From: Octopus bimaculoides | Taxonomy: Eukaryota | Reading direction: 5' to 3' | DNA: 35,308 bases | NCBI RefSeq assembly: GCF_001194135.2 | Contig: NC_068982.1 | Location: forward strand, 69,970,712 to 70,006,019 | The notes under the pieces: generated by a model | Seen by the model: only the letters and a program-made list of their open reading frames with translations | What the model was told of the DNA's origin: nothing | The model's database searches: none | Made by a program: the position numbers and the translations under genes | In this document: positions 1 to 10,803 of the stretch, in pieces | Numbering within the stretch: the stretch's first letter is position 1 | Layout: every line of letters starts with the position of its first letter

Positions 1-510
1 CGTTCACAAATGTGAACACAAAGTCTTTTTTTGTTTTCCTGGCTAAAAAGCCAAGCAAAAATTTTCACTCTATGGCAGAAGCGAACCTGCCCACCATAGA
101 GGGTGAACATACAATTTTGTTCGTAAACGAACAAACACAAAAAACCCGCCAAAGGCAAGCGAAAATGTCGCAATGCTGAACAAAAACCTGCTGAAAAAAA
201 TACACAACAAATTATTGCTCAGCTGAGCAACAAAACCGACTTACCCTGGCGAGTTCTTCAAATGTTCTTTGTTTTCATTAATTGGGCGGAGCACAGCTGA
301 CCCACATCCACCTCTGTTCACCGGAAGCAAACTTCTTACCACACAGCCACACTTGTGCCTATATCTTTGTCCATTTTCTTCAACTTGTAAGTCTACAATA
401 ATCATTCTAGAAATTATGAGATTGCTCACAAAATGAAATGTAGTAATAGTGCGCATCTACTGTGCATCACAGCAATAATAACTGTTTTGAATTTTAATAT
501 TTGCTCTGGC

Positions 511-876
511 TTGAGATCAAATTCCACCAAGGTAAACTTTGCCTTTCCTCTTTCAGAGTTGATAAAATAAGTACCAGCTGAGTACTGAGGTTGATGTAAT
601 CTAATTACCCCTCCCCTAAAATTGCTGGCCTTGTGCCAAAATTTGTAACTAATGTTTTTTTTTCTGGCTTAAGGCTGTGAGCCGGTAGAATTATTACCAA
701 TGCTGGGCAAAATGCTTAGTGCCATTTCTTCCGACTTTACATTCAAATGTCACTGGGTAAATTTGCCTTCCATCCTTTCAGGGTCAATAAATTAAGTACC
801 AGTTGAGCACTAAGCTCAATATAATCAATTTACCTGCTTCCTCCGAAATTGCTGGCCTTGTACCAAAATTTGAAAC
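511..876 (+). mobile_element. Two tandem copies (511-650 partial, 673-876) of a tRNA-type SINE family (here family A)
   Basis: Shared body ttcaaat..ctttgcct(t/c)catcctttcagggtcaataaa..aagtaccag..aaattgctggccttgt..caaaatttg, recurring at about 6000-6110, 9270-9375, 12150-12358 and reversed at 18270-18390. Confidence 0.75.
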
Positions 877-899
877 TAGTATTTTTTTCTGACTTTCTA

Positions 900-1298
900 G
901 TTAAGAAGCTTGCTTTGTAACCAACCACTTGGTGTTAGGTTCAGTCCCACTGCGTGGCACCTTCGGCAAGTGTCTTCTATTATAGCTCCAGGTTGACAAA
1001 TGTATTGTGAGTAAATTTGGTAGAAGGATACTGAATGGAAGCTAGTTGTGTGGGGGGGGGGAGAAAGAGAAAGAAATTTCTGTGTGTATCTTCATCCCTT
1101 CATACCACTTGATAATTGGCGTTAGTTTATTTACATCTCTGTAACTTAATGGTTTGCCAGAAAAGAGTGATAGAATAAGTACTGGACTTGAAAAAAAACC
1201 CCCAAAATACTAGGGTTGATTTGTCTGATTAACACCCTTTGATGCAGTGCCCTAGCATGGCTGCAGTCCAATGACTGAAATGAGTAAAAGATAAAAGA
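900..1298 (+). mobile_element. SINE family B, near full length
   Basis: Head aagaagcttgct..ggttcagtcccactgcgtggcacc (B-box-like), central gtgagt..atttggtaga, tail gatagaataagtac..gcatggctgcagtc.aatgactgaaa. Many copies in the window. Confidence 0.8.
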
Positions 1299-2124
1299 GT
1301 ATTTTGATTTTCTGACTTGTGTGCACAAACGCACACACACACACAACATTTTATGTGTATGCATTGTATCTCAAGACACTATTTTACATATTCAATACCA
1401 AACAAGCCAAAAACAGAGACCATAAAATATATGAATACACTAAGAGTTCTTTACATCTCATTAAACACAACTATCTTTTATAAAAGCTCTTAGGTCAGTA
1501 GAATCTAAGTCTAAGTGACCTTTTGACCTTTTTTCTTTTTTCTTTTCTTTAATAGTGATTTTAAATATCTCTTTTTCCCCCCCTGTTACTCTTTCTCCAT
1601 CTCCACTCCCCTCTCTCCCTCTCTTTTATTTTCTTTTTCTTTTCCATTTATCTTCTCTTCCAGAAGCAAAGAGAAGACAAATGATTTCATCAGATCTTAT
1701 TCTCTCTCTCACTCTGTTTCTGCTCTTCTTCCTCTCCTCCCACTCATTTGTCACTTTCCTCTATGTAAACCAATAAGGTCAACCTAGATTGTCTGCATTA
1801 TCAACTGATCAATACATACTTATGTACATACGCACATATAGTTAATCACCTGAGGACTAGAAAAACTAAAAAAAAACCTCCAAATAGCAACTCATGGAGA
1901 CTCAGTTTTAAATAAATAATGTTATTCCACTCCACTTAGCAGTATTGGGTAACACATAAATTCACATCAAGAATCTTGCAAACCAAATATAACAACAAAA
2001 TATTCTAAGCTCTAGCCAAGCTAGCAAAATGCTGAAAAACATTTTCTACTGTCTCAAGATCAGAATAATTACCCAACAGCTTTCCTTCATAAAAGAATGC
2101 ATCAGCTTCATTATTTCACTCACT

Positions 2125-2480
2125 GGCATGATAGTGTGGTAAGATATTTGTTTCCCAACCACATGATTCTGGGTTCAGTCCTACTGTGCAGCACCTTGAA
2201 CAAGTTTCTGGGTCAGCCAAAGCTGTAAGTGGATTAAGTGTAAGACCAAAGCTAATCATAGACAGACAGACAGACATGCATTTCTTTGTGTTTGTACTTG
2301 TCCTACACCATTGCTTGACAACCAGTGTTGGTTTGTTTACATCCCTGTAACTTAGCAGTTCAGCTAAAGAGACTGATAGAATAAGTACCATTCTTAAAAT
2401 ATAAGTGCTAAGGTTGGTTTGTTCAAGGCAGTGCCCCAGCATAGACACAGTCTAATGACCGAAACAAATAAACAATAGAA
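2125..2480 (+). mobile_element. SINE family B
   Basis: Same head, core and tail as 900-1298. Confidence 0.8.
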
Positions 2481-3491
2481 AATCTGTCAGTATAAACAGG
2501 AACTTGGAACTAGGAAATAGGCAGACAGACCTGAAGCAAGCCTGGAGTAGAGAAGGCATATCATTGATGAGGTTGTGAGTGACAGTGAAAGGACTGTAAC
2601 AAACCTAGCTGATTGATTGATTAACTGAACAAATAATCAAACAGTTGATTGATTAATTGGGTTAAATGTTAATGAAATGACTAATAATAAAGGAAGTGAA
2701 GTAGTACTAGTGTGTATATTTATTATTGTTATAGTAACCCTTCTGAGATACCACAAATACACAAGTTCATATCAAGAATCTTGCAAGCCAAATGCAAAAA
2801 CAAAGTATCCCCTGCTTGCAATAAATAATGGGTGCAAGAAGCACACTGAATAAACCAGCTGGAGGAGATACCATCCTGGGGTTAAATATCAGTATCATTG
2901 TCTCTTAGAGGATAGCCACATTAAAGTGGCTTTAAGCAATATTTTTTGGTTTGTATACTGCTTCAATCTCAAACAGATTTTCTAACGGACTAGTTTCCTA
3001 GTTACGAAATCAGTGATTGTATGACACTGTATTTTCTAAATATTGCAAGCGAGGTAAACTGCTGCTATGCCTGGCACTGAGAATCCACCGGGGTCTCATA
3101 AAGCAGGTCCTCGTAAAGTGAGGTATTACTGTACTATGGAAAACGTTCAGCCAATTAACATATTTGTTATTTGAAGGACCAAGAGAAATATTATCTTATT
3201 TAGAAACAAATGAGAGTTGGTGACAGGATGGGCATCCAGCTATAGAAAATCTACCTCAATGGGTTTTGTCTAATCCTTGGAAGAGAGGATGTTAAAACAA
3301 CGATGATGAGTTACTTTTTACTCTCAAACCATAATCTTTATGATTACACAAACATAGAACAAGAAACTAATTAAGTGCACCCTCTCTGTTGCAATTAAAA
3401 CAGCATCATTGCAAGGTGTTTGAAAATGGAATTGTAAAAGATAAAAAAGAATCAACTGTTATTTCACCTATCCAGTTTCATATCTACCTGT

Positions 3492-3610
3492 CAGGTGGTT
3501 AAGGAGATAAAATCAGGAAAGCTACAGACCCATTAGAGATCGTTGCTAAGATGTTAAAAGCATCCGGTTATGTAGGTACCTTAGTAGTTATTGTGCGCAT
3601 TTTTTATCAG
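3492..3610 (+). mobile_element. Decayed RTE-LINE reverse transcriptase N-terminal fragment
   Basis: With one frameshift it reads KEIKSG(K)ATDPLEIVAKMLKASGYVG, resembling the RTE motif MKxGKAxGPxxIxAEMLKxxGxxG. Confidence 0.4.
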
Positions 3611-3752
3611 TACAGTTTTGTTTTTGCTTTGTTTTTTTTGGGGTGGGGGATTTATTTATATTATAAATTAATACCAAGGATGTTATTCGTTAATACCTTA
3701 GTTAACAACTCTTTGACGTAATGAAGTAACAGAGCAATTTGTTAATTACTCT

Positions 3753-3978
3753 TTCACCCATTCATTACCATATTTCTGTTGAAAAACTCTGCTTTTGTTT
3801 CAATTAATTTTGAAAATAATAAAAAATTTTATAAAATAATTTTGCCATTATTAAGTTGGTGATTGGAATTGTAAGTCAGCATGAAATCTTGATAAAAAGT
3901 TCTTAGATCACTTTTTAAAATGATCTACAGAAAATGTCTATCAAAGAACCAAGGGCAAATTAGTATCAAAAGGGTTAA
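3753..3978. mobile_element. piggyBac-like MITE
   Basis: Right end aaaagggttaa; degenerate left end ttcacccattcattacc (TTAA-CCCT-type termini); AT-rich non-coding interior. Confidence 0.5.
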
Positions 3979-4110
3979 CTAATTGTATGTAGGAAAAATA
4001 ATTACTTTCTATTAAGGTGAGAAGAATCTATGTACAGCACTTCTCTTAACTGCAATGTTTCATATTTGAACTTCTTGTAAAATTGTACTTTTCCCCCTTC
4101 TGTTTTCCAG

Positions 4111-4195
4111 ACCAAAAGATGCAATACGTGCCATAAAGAAAAAGCTGCAACAAAATGCTGGCAAGAATTACGCAGCTGTTATGTACACTCTAATT
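4111..4195 (+). CDS. TOM1: TOM1/TOM1L2-like internal exon, VHS domain: (G)PKDAIRAIKKKLQQNAGKNYAAVMYTLI
   Basis: Polypyrimidine tract and ttccag acceptor at 4110; gtaagt donor at 4196; 85 nt, phase 2 to 0. Peptide matches the TOM1 VHS segment GPKDAxRAxKK. Confidence 0.93.
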
Positions 4196-4859
4196 GTAAG
4201 TATTTCTTATTTTTCTTCTGTTATTCATGTCTTCATCTCATTCCTCTCACTGTTACTGTTGAGCATCAGATTTACAGCTAAGCAAATTAAAACCAATAGA
4301 ATTATATAGCTTACCAAATGATTCAGAACCATTTTTGTGTTGGCTTTTGTACTGTGTGCAGAAGTGATAAAGTGATAAAGATTACCTTTGTAGTTTACTG
4401 TATCTTAAATGCAATTTGAAAAAAATCAACTACTAGGGATCTTGCATTCTGAATCATGAAAGCTGTCATGAAGTGAAGGCAATCAATGTAGAAGCTTGGT
4501 CACTCCAAAATAAAAAAATGGCCAGCATGATTCAGTGTGGCTCTAAGTCCTGCAAGACAACCTCTAGTACTGCTTTCTTTATGAAACACTTCAGAAGCCT
4601 CATTGATAAGCATAACACTTCACTGATTTAACACTATTCACTTGCACTTTGTTACTTTTAGCAAGGTCTTGTTAACATTTAAACAAGAACTCTGGTTTGA
4701 AGATAACCCATTTGCTACTTCTAGTGATATCTGTACTTGAATAATGTCATTGGGCAGTACCAGTAGAAATATGTTCCTGGTACCTGATTGTACAGAGACT
4801 TGAACTCGTGCATAACACATCAAGAGACTGCTCTGTTAGTAAGTGCAGAATCTTATATC

Positions 4860-5479
4860 AAGAGCTGGGCGGAAGTCCATTAATCCATTAATTGATGAAG
4901 TTGATAAAAAAACTTCAAAGTTTTTTCTTTTTTTTTCCATGAAAAGATGCCTCCCATCATTCTGAAGACTTTGGTGAAATACATTGGAAAAAATACCTGT
5001 CAAAACGGAGAAATTCCAACTTACATGGGCCATCTGATCTGAAACGCCATTTTCCAGAAGCTCTTCCCCTGCCCCCTTCCAAATATTTTGCCTACAGATT
5101 TCATTGTAATCATAATCTACTCTGTTTGAAAGGTATTTGTATATAATTTCATTAAAAAATACCTATTTACCAGAAAGTTATGAGGGGGAAATGTTGGGTC
5201 CTGTGAATTTTCTGAAACTCCTCTCCCCAACTCTTTGGGATATAAGCAATTATTTGGTGAAAGTTTCATCAAAAAGTATCCATTTTCTGGAAGTTAGGCA
5301 CAAAGTCAGTAGGGTATTAAACTGTAGTTATGTCTTTTTTCAATAAAAGTTAACATTAACAGATTAACGTTAACTTTCATTACATTTTCAAAAAATTAAC
5401 GGATTAATGATTAACAAGATTTAATTTATTGGTTAACAGTTAGCAAAGTTAACTTTTCGATTAATGGTGCCCACCTCTG
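4860..5479. mobile_element. Non-autonomous hAT-type element (620 bp)
   Basis: Perfect 8-bp TSD CTTATATC at 4852-4859 and 5480-5487; TIRs aagagctgggc / rc cagaggtgggc (9/11); subterminal TTAAC/GATTAA repeats at about 4880-4900 and 5345-5465. Confidence 0.85.
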
Positions 5480-7229
5480 CTTATATCTTTTACTTCCCAG
5501 TTTTTAGATTAGTCTCCATTTCCAGTTGGCACAAAACTTCGAAATATCCTTCTAACTTACTTTCAGCTGGACTGTCATACAACCAACATAGTAGTTCATT
5601 GCAACTTACGAGCTTTTATTTCTTCTTACCCTCTTCCATCAAATATTTGCCTTTATTTTCAACAATGTGCAAATGTGACACAATATGTTGACTAATTAAC
5701 TCTCCTCTACACCAACATAATTGGACTTCAGTCCCAACTTCATCTTATCATTTATCTCTTATTAGCTTTCTCTCTAGCATTTTATTTCTCTCTGAGAACC
5801 ACCACTCTAGGAAGGCTTACAAAGATCATGGATTTCCTTTCCTCTTCTTACAAAATAATAAGAAATTAAACATAACCAATAATAATAGGACCATCTAGCC
5901 TTTGCTAATGTGTGGTACATAACAGATGCAAAATGCTAACATGTTTTTAGCATCAGTAGCATGTTGACAGAGGGTAATGCATTGGTAGAAGAGATTGAAT
6001 ATCAGGCTAAATGCCTTCAATATTTAATTCTTAAGTTTAGAGTCCAAATCCCCCAAGGTTGATTTTACTTTTCAGCCCTCTCATGGAGTAAAATAGATGA
6101 GGAAAAAAAGAAGGTAAAAATACTGCTATTATAGAAGAAGCATAGAAGATCAGGTATTGATTGGTATTTCTGGGACCAAAAATCCTTCATAAGGGATTCA
6201 AAATCTCCAGATTCGCTGATTTATTTATTTTTTTTTTAATCAGTAAAAATTGAAGTTAGCACCAATACTTTCTGGGTTAGCTTGAAAAACCTGTGGAGGT
6301 ACACATGCTTAAACAGAGGAAGAAATATAGAATATAAAACAAAACAAAGGGTTGATTGTTTATTTTAATCTATTTCAGCCTAGACCCAACCCTATTAATC
6401 CTGTCGCAATTAAACAAAGAACATCACAAGTCGTTCCTTGTTTCTTTAACTTTGTCCTTGAATAGTTGTGTTAATCCTAATTTAAGCTATATTAGCCTCG
6501 TGGCAGATAAATTTTTTTTGTCTTTTATGATAATCACCCTAATAGCAGCAATCAAACAGCCACAAAGAATTTTGTTGTTGTCCTGCCTTTTTCTTTTTTT
6601 ATCTTGTTTGCTCTCTTTTTTCTCAAAAAATTTCTCTCAACTTACTTTCAACCTTTCTCTTTTTCTTCCACCCTCTCTACCTCTCTCTCCTTTACAATAT
6701 TCATCATTTTTCTTTCTCCCCCTCTCTTTCTCTCTCTGATTTTTGTTCAAGTGTATTGTCTGCAAAGACTTTATACAACGTAGATAAGTTCCAGTGGAGC
6801 AATGTTTTCTAGCACTGAGCCACATTCCAAATGGAATACAAATTGCTCTACCAGACTTATCCAAGGCACAGTTTCCATGGCCAAGTTCTTACCAATAGTT
6901 TCAAACCTCACCTCAGTTAGAGTAGAAAGCTACTCAACTGCTGCAACTTCAGTGTTGAAGTTTTATTGGGGCAACCACAATGACAACATATAAATATAAG
7001 GAGCTAAAATTATGAAAAGGTAGATGCATGGCTCTCCCTCTAATGTTTGGTGGAGGTATTTTACTCCGCCATAATTACTCTCACTCACTCTACTATAATG
7101 TGAGCAGCCATGTAACTCCTCTACAGCAAGAAAGCTGTTCTTGCCCCATCATTCATACTTTAACCTCTCATCACCTAATGAAAAGCCACCACCCTCTCTA
7201 CTGTAGACCCACTCAGTCAAAAGGAAACT

Positions 7230-7725
7230 TACTCTTGCAAGCTATATGGCAACCTCATTAGTGCTGATTCTACAAAAATAGCACTCTGTACTCTCTGTGA
7301 AGTGTTTGGCTTTAGGAAAGGCATAAAGGCATTTAGCCATAGAAACCATAGCAAAGCTGACATTGGAGCACAGTACATTACTCCGACTTGTCTGATCATG
7401 TTTAACCAACCAACCCATGTCAGCATGGAAGGCAGATGTTAGAAGAGAATGGTGATGATGATAGAAAATATCATACTTTCACATCCATCAATGCTATAAC
7501 CCACTTAGTTGAGGGATTTTGTGAGTACTCAATAACCTCATTAGTGTCAATATTATGAAAAAAAGCACCCAGTAACTCTGTAAAGTGGTTGGCCCTAGGA
7601 AGGTATCCAGCTGTAAAGACCATGCCAAAGAAGATTTTGGAGCTCAATGCAGTCTAGCTTATTTGTTCCTGTCAAACCATCTAACCCATGCCAGCATGGA
7701 AAAACAGACATCAAATGATGATGAT
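7230..7725 (+). mobile_element. Two tandem RTE-3'-tail-type elements (7230-7461, 7533-7725)
   Basis: aacctcattagtg..aggaaggcatccagc..aaaccatgccaaag..cccatgccagcatggaa..(GAT)n tail; same sequence as the 3' end of the RTE at 10804-12149. Confidence 0.7.
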
Positions 7726-8131
7726 ATAATGTAACAGAAAGGCAATCATTTTACATATGAAATTGCAGGGAGTTTTTTTTTTTTAATTATAAATCCAACA
7801 TGAGGTAACTATGCATTTAAACATTATTACATATGTGGCATATTTTCTTTGTTTCAAGACTAAATTTGTCCCCACCTTTTACTGTTAGTCCTGAGAATCT
7901 TACCTAACGGTCCTTATAGTAAACTGAAGCCTGTATTCATTATGAGTAAACTATTTAATCCTTTTCTTATTATGTAAACCAATTTCCTTCTTTTGTCAAT
8001 ACCTTGTTGCTGAAAGCCTCTTGGCAATCTTTACATTTGCTAATCCTTTTTCTTTTTTTTTTTTCTCTTTCAACTGCTTTCTGTTTCATATAGCTTCTTT
8101 AATTTATTTGATTGCTTCATTCCTTTTTAAG

Positions 8132-8278
8132 TTACTGGAAACCTGTGTAAAAAACTGTGGTAAAAGATTTCACCTCCAAGTGGCAAATAAAGAGTTTCTT
8201 CACGAGTTAATTAAAATAATTGGACCAAAGAATGACCCTCCTCCGGTTGTGCAAGAAAAGGTATTAAGTCTTATACAG
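8132..8278 (+). CDS. TOM1: TOM1/TOM1L2-like exon, VHS domain: [49 protein letters not shown]
   Basis: tttttaag acceptor; cag|gtgagt donor; 147 nt, phase 0/0. [10 protein letters not shown] is the VHS hallmark. Confidence 0.96.
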
Positions 8279-8900
8279 GTGAGTCACTTCTCATCATAGT
8301 CCACTGTAGTGGTCTGCCCTTCTTTCTGTTGTACGATTCCTCAACACACACACACACACACACACACTTTATTAAACCAGAAATGAGACAATATCTTATT
8401 TCAAATATGCATCCTGTTACTTTGCAGAATAAGTAAATAGTATGTTCTGTGCAAACACTCATATTATTTGACAGGAGTGCTGATATTTGTATATTATTAC
8501 TGCAAGGACTGAACATTCAAGTTATTTTGTTTTGTTGTACTCTTTCTTTCTTTAAGTAAGTAAATAGTAATTTATTTTATAACATTTCTACTGTCAGGAA
8601 AAATGGAAAAGAGAAATATAAAGTTAAAGAAAAATTGCCAGCAACCTTAAATTTAAGTTAATGCACTAGTTTAGAAAGAATTGCAATTTGACATACCATA
8701 GTTGTATTTGACTATATTTGGTTTTTTGTTTTATTTTTTTTAAATTCATCTTCTTCATGGATGGTAATTTGCTGCTTTGGAAGATAGCTATCATCATATC
8801 TGTTTCTGCATCAGTTAAAAAATGTGTATATATTGCTTCACTGGTTTAGACTACACTCATATATTTCTACATTTCACACAATAGCCATTATTTAATAAAC

Positions 8901-9235
8901 ACAGGCATGGTTAAAAAGTTTGTTTACCGACTGTATGGTTTTGGGTTCAGTACTACTGTGTGGCACCTTAGGCATGTATCTTCTGCTACAGCCCTGGGAT
9001 GACCAGTAGATTTGGTAGATAGAAACTTAAATAATCCCATTGTGTGCGTGTGGGTGAGTGTGTTAGTGTCTCCTTGTCTTGACATCATGCAGTAGTTGTA
9101 AATGAGCATCACTGTCATACAAGCAATGTCATCCATTTCCAATCTTCTGTGAAAATAAGTCTGATCATGAGAAAATATAACCTTGTTGGCAACAGGAAGA
9201 GCAGTAGAAAATCTGCCTTCATAAACTTTATCTTA
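8901..9235 (+). mobile_element. SINE family B head and core joined to an alternative tail (gttggcaacaggaag..gaaaatctgcc)
   Basis: Head and core match 900-1050; the same composite occurs at 21430-21800 (+) and 25495-25890 (-). Confidence 0.65.
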
Positions 9236-10029
9236 CCCACACAAATGTGGAAAAGGGAATTAATTCTTTACATTCTGAGTTCAAATCCTGCTATGGTCAG
9301 CTTTGTCTTTCATTCCTCTGAGATCAATAAAATAAAGTACCAGTCAAGAACTGTATTTGATATTAGTCACAATGATCTTAGCAGCCTCAGAGATCCTGCA
9401 AAGATCACAACCCTGCCCTCCTTCCCTGCAAAACTTTAAACCACTCCATCTAAAGCAATAAATCTTTGTCCGCAACATCTCTAGTTAATTTTCTTTCAAA
9501 AGATTTTTTTTTAATATATGAAGCATAATATTGTAGTGTTGTAAACATAATAATTCTGTAATATCCATACACAGTTGGTGCAGTGGTAGACCTCTGTACC
9601 ACTGCAGACCAGCTGAAAAATATTTTCTTAAATACTTCTCTTGACATAGCATGATAGTTGTAAACAAGCATCATACTGGTGGTATCCATTGTCTCCAATA
9701 TTCCAAGAAACATATCCAGCCATGGGGAAATATTACCTTGCTTGGAAAGCAAGTGAGGGTTGGCAACAAGATGGGCATCCAGCTGTAGAAAATCTGTCCC
9801 AACATATTCCATTCAACCCACGTAAACATGGAAAAGTATACATTAAAATAGTAACAACAGTACCATATTTATCTAAACTCACTCAGTACATGCATTTCTC
9901 CCCCTGTTATGTCTATTCTATCTCACTATAACAGAATCAATACTAAACTACATATTCAGTTTTTCTTCAGAACATTCTCCTTCACACTCCATGTTTCCCA
10001 TTTCTCACTCCATCCAACTTGTTATGGTC

Positions 10030-10190
10030 ATCTCTACAGATTTTCTATAGAAATTATAGCCAGCACTGATTTTCTTACATTTTGTATCCAAATATGTCTA
10101 ATGTAAACAACAATGTGATCACATTGTTGTTTACATTAGATGTCGTAACAAATCAGTGCTGGCTATAATTTCTATAGAAAATCTAGAGAT
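10030..10190. repeat. Long palindrome with a perfect 44-bp core
   Basis: 10097-10118 / 10119-10140 perfect with no spacer; 10038-10072 / 10150-10184 perfect 35 bp; 10030-10035 / 10185-10190 also pair. Confidence 0.95.
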
Positions 10191-10803
10191 AATCTTAACA
10201 TGTGATTTAATAGCACTGCTAACACAATAGAACACAGTATTAACTTATGAAGCGTTTAATATACTTTGTAGTATATAATGGTTGCATAACAAAATATGGT
10301 GTCCCTACAAGTAATTACTATCCCTCCACATTGTCTTCTGATCATTCTGCTCTTCCCCATTTTCTTGCTTGTTTCTCTTTCTCCTCTCCCACCTTAGTCC
10401 ATCTTCTGCAGTCAGCATCAGCTCTTCCCACTCTATTAGACAATGTACAGTGGTGAGGTACCCTATTGCCTTCCAGAGTACAAGGCAATATCACTAGTGT
10501 GCATTTTATTATTACATTAACTAGTGTGAATATAAAATGGAGCCAGACAACATAGAATTGAGATGACTCTTTAGTCTTGTTTTGTAGAGGACATGATATT
10601 CCTTCTCATGCTGATACCATGGCAAACTGCAGCCAGTGCACTCTGTTAAGTGCTTAGTGTTACAAAAGACATTCAACAAGAGAAACTGGACCAAAATATA
10701 AAGTACAAGTAAGATATGATCCTCCAACCGATCTCAAAACATTACGTCCTGTCCTCCAAAACCAATGTGGAAAGCAGATGTAAAATGGTGGTAGTGGTGG
10801 AAG

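Noticed and set aside
241-456. 71-aa minus-strand ORF as a protein-coding gene
   Set aside because: It runs through a SINE head (323-362) and shows no recognisable domain; only its 3' part is exon-like (see findings).
900-1000. tRNA genes at the ggttca-containing SINE heads
   Set aside because: No cloverleaf; these are decayed SINE promoter boxes repeated many times in the window.
3517-3580. cag|g aaa gct aca gac (KATD) as the missing TOM1 exon 2
   Set aside because: The following residues (PLEIVAKMLKASG) fit RTE reverse transcriptase, not TOM1 DGS..EDW..ICD.
6356-6864. 127-aa and 75-aa ORFs
   Set aside because: Products of CT/T-rich low-complexity sequence; no splice or homology support.
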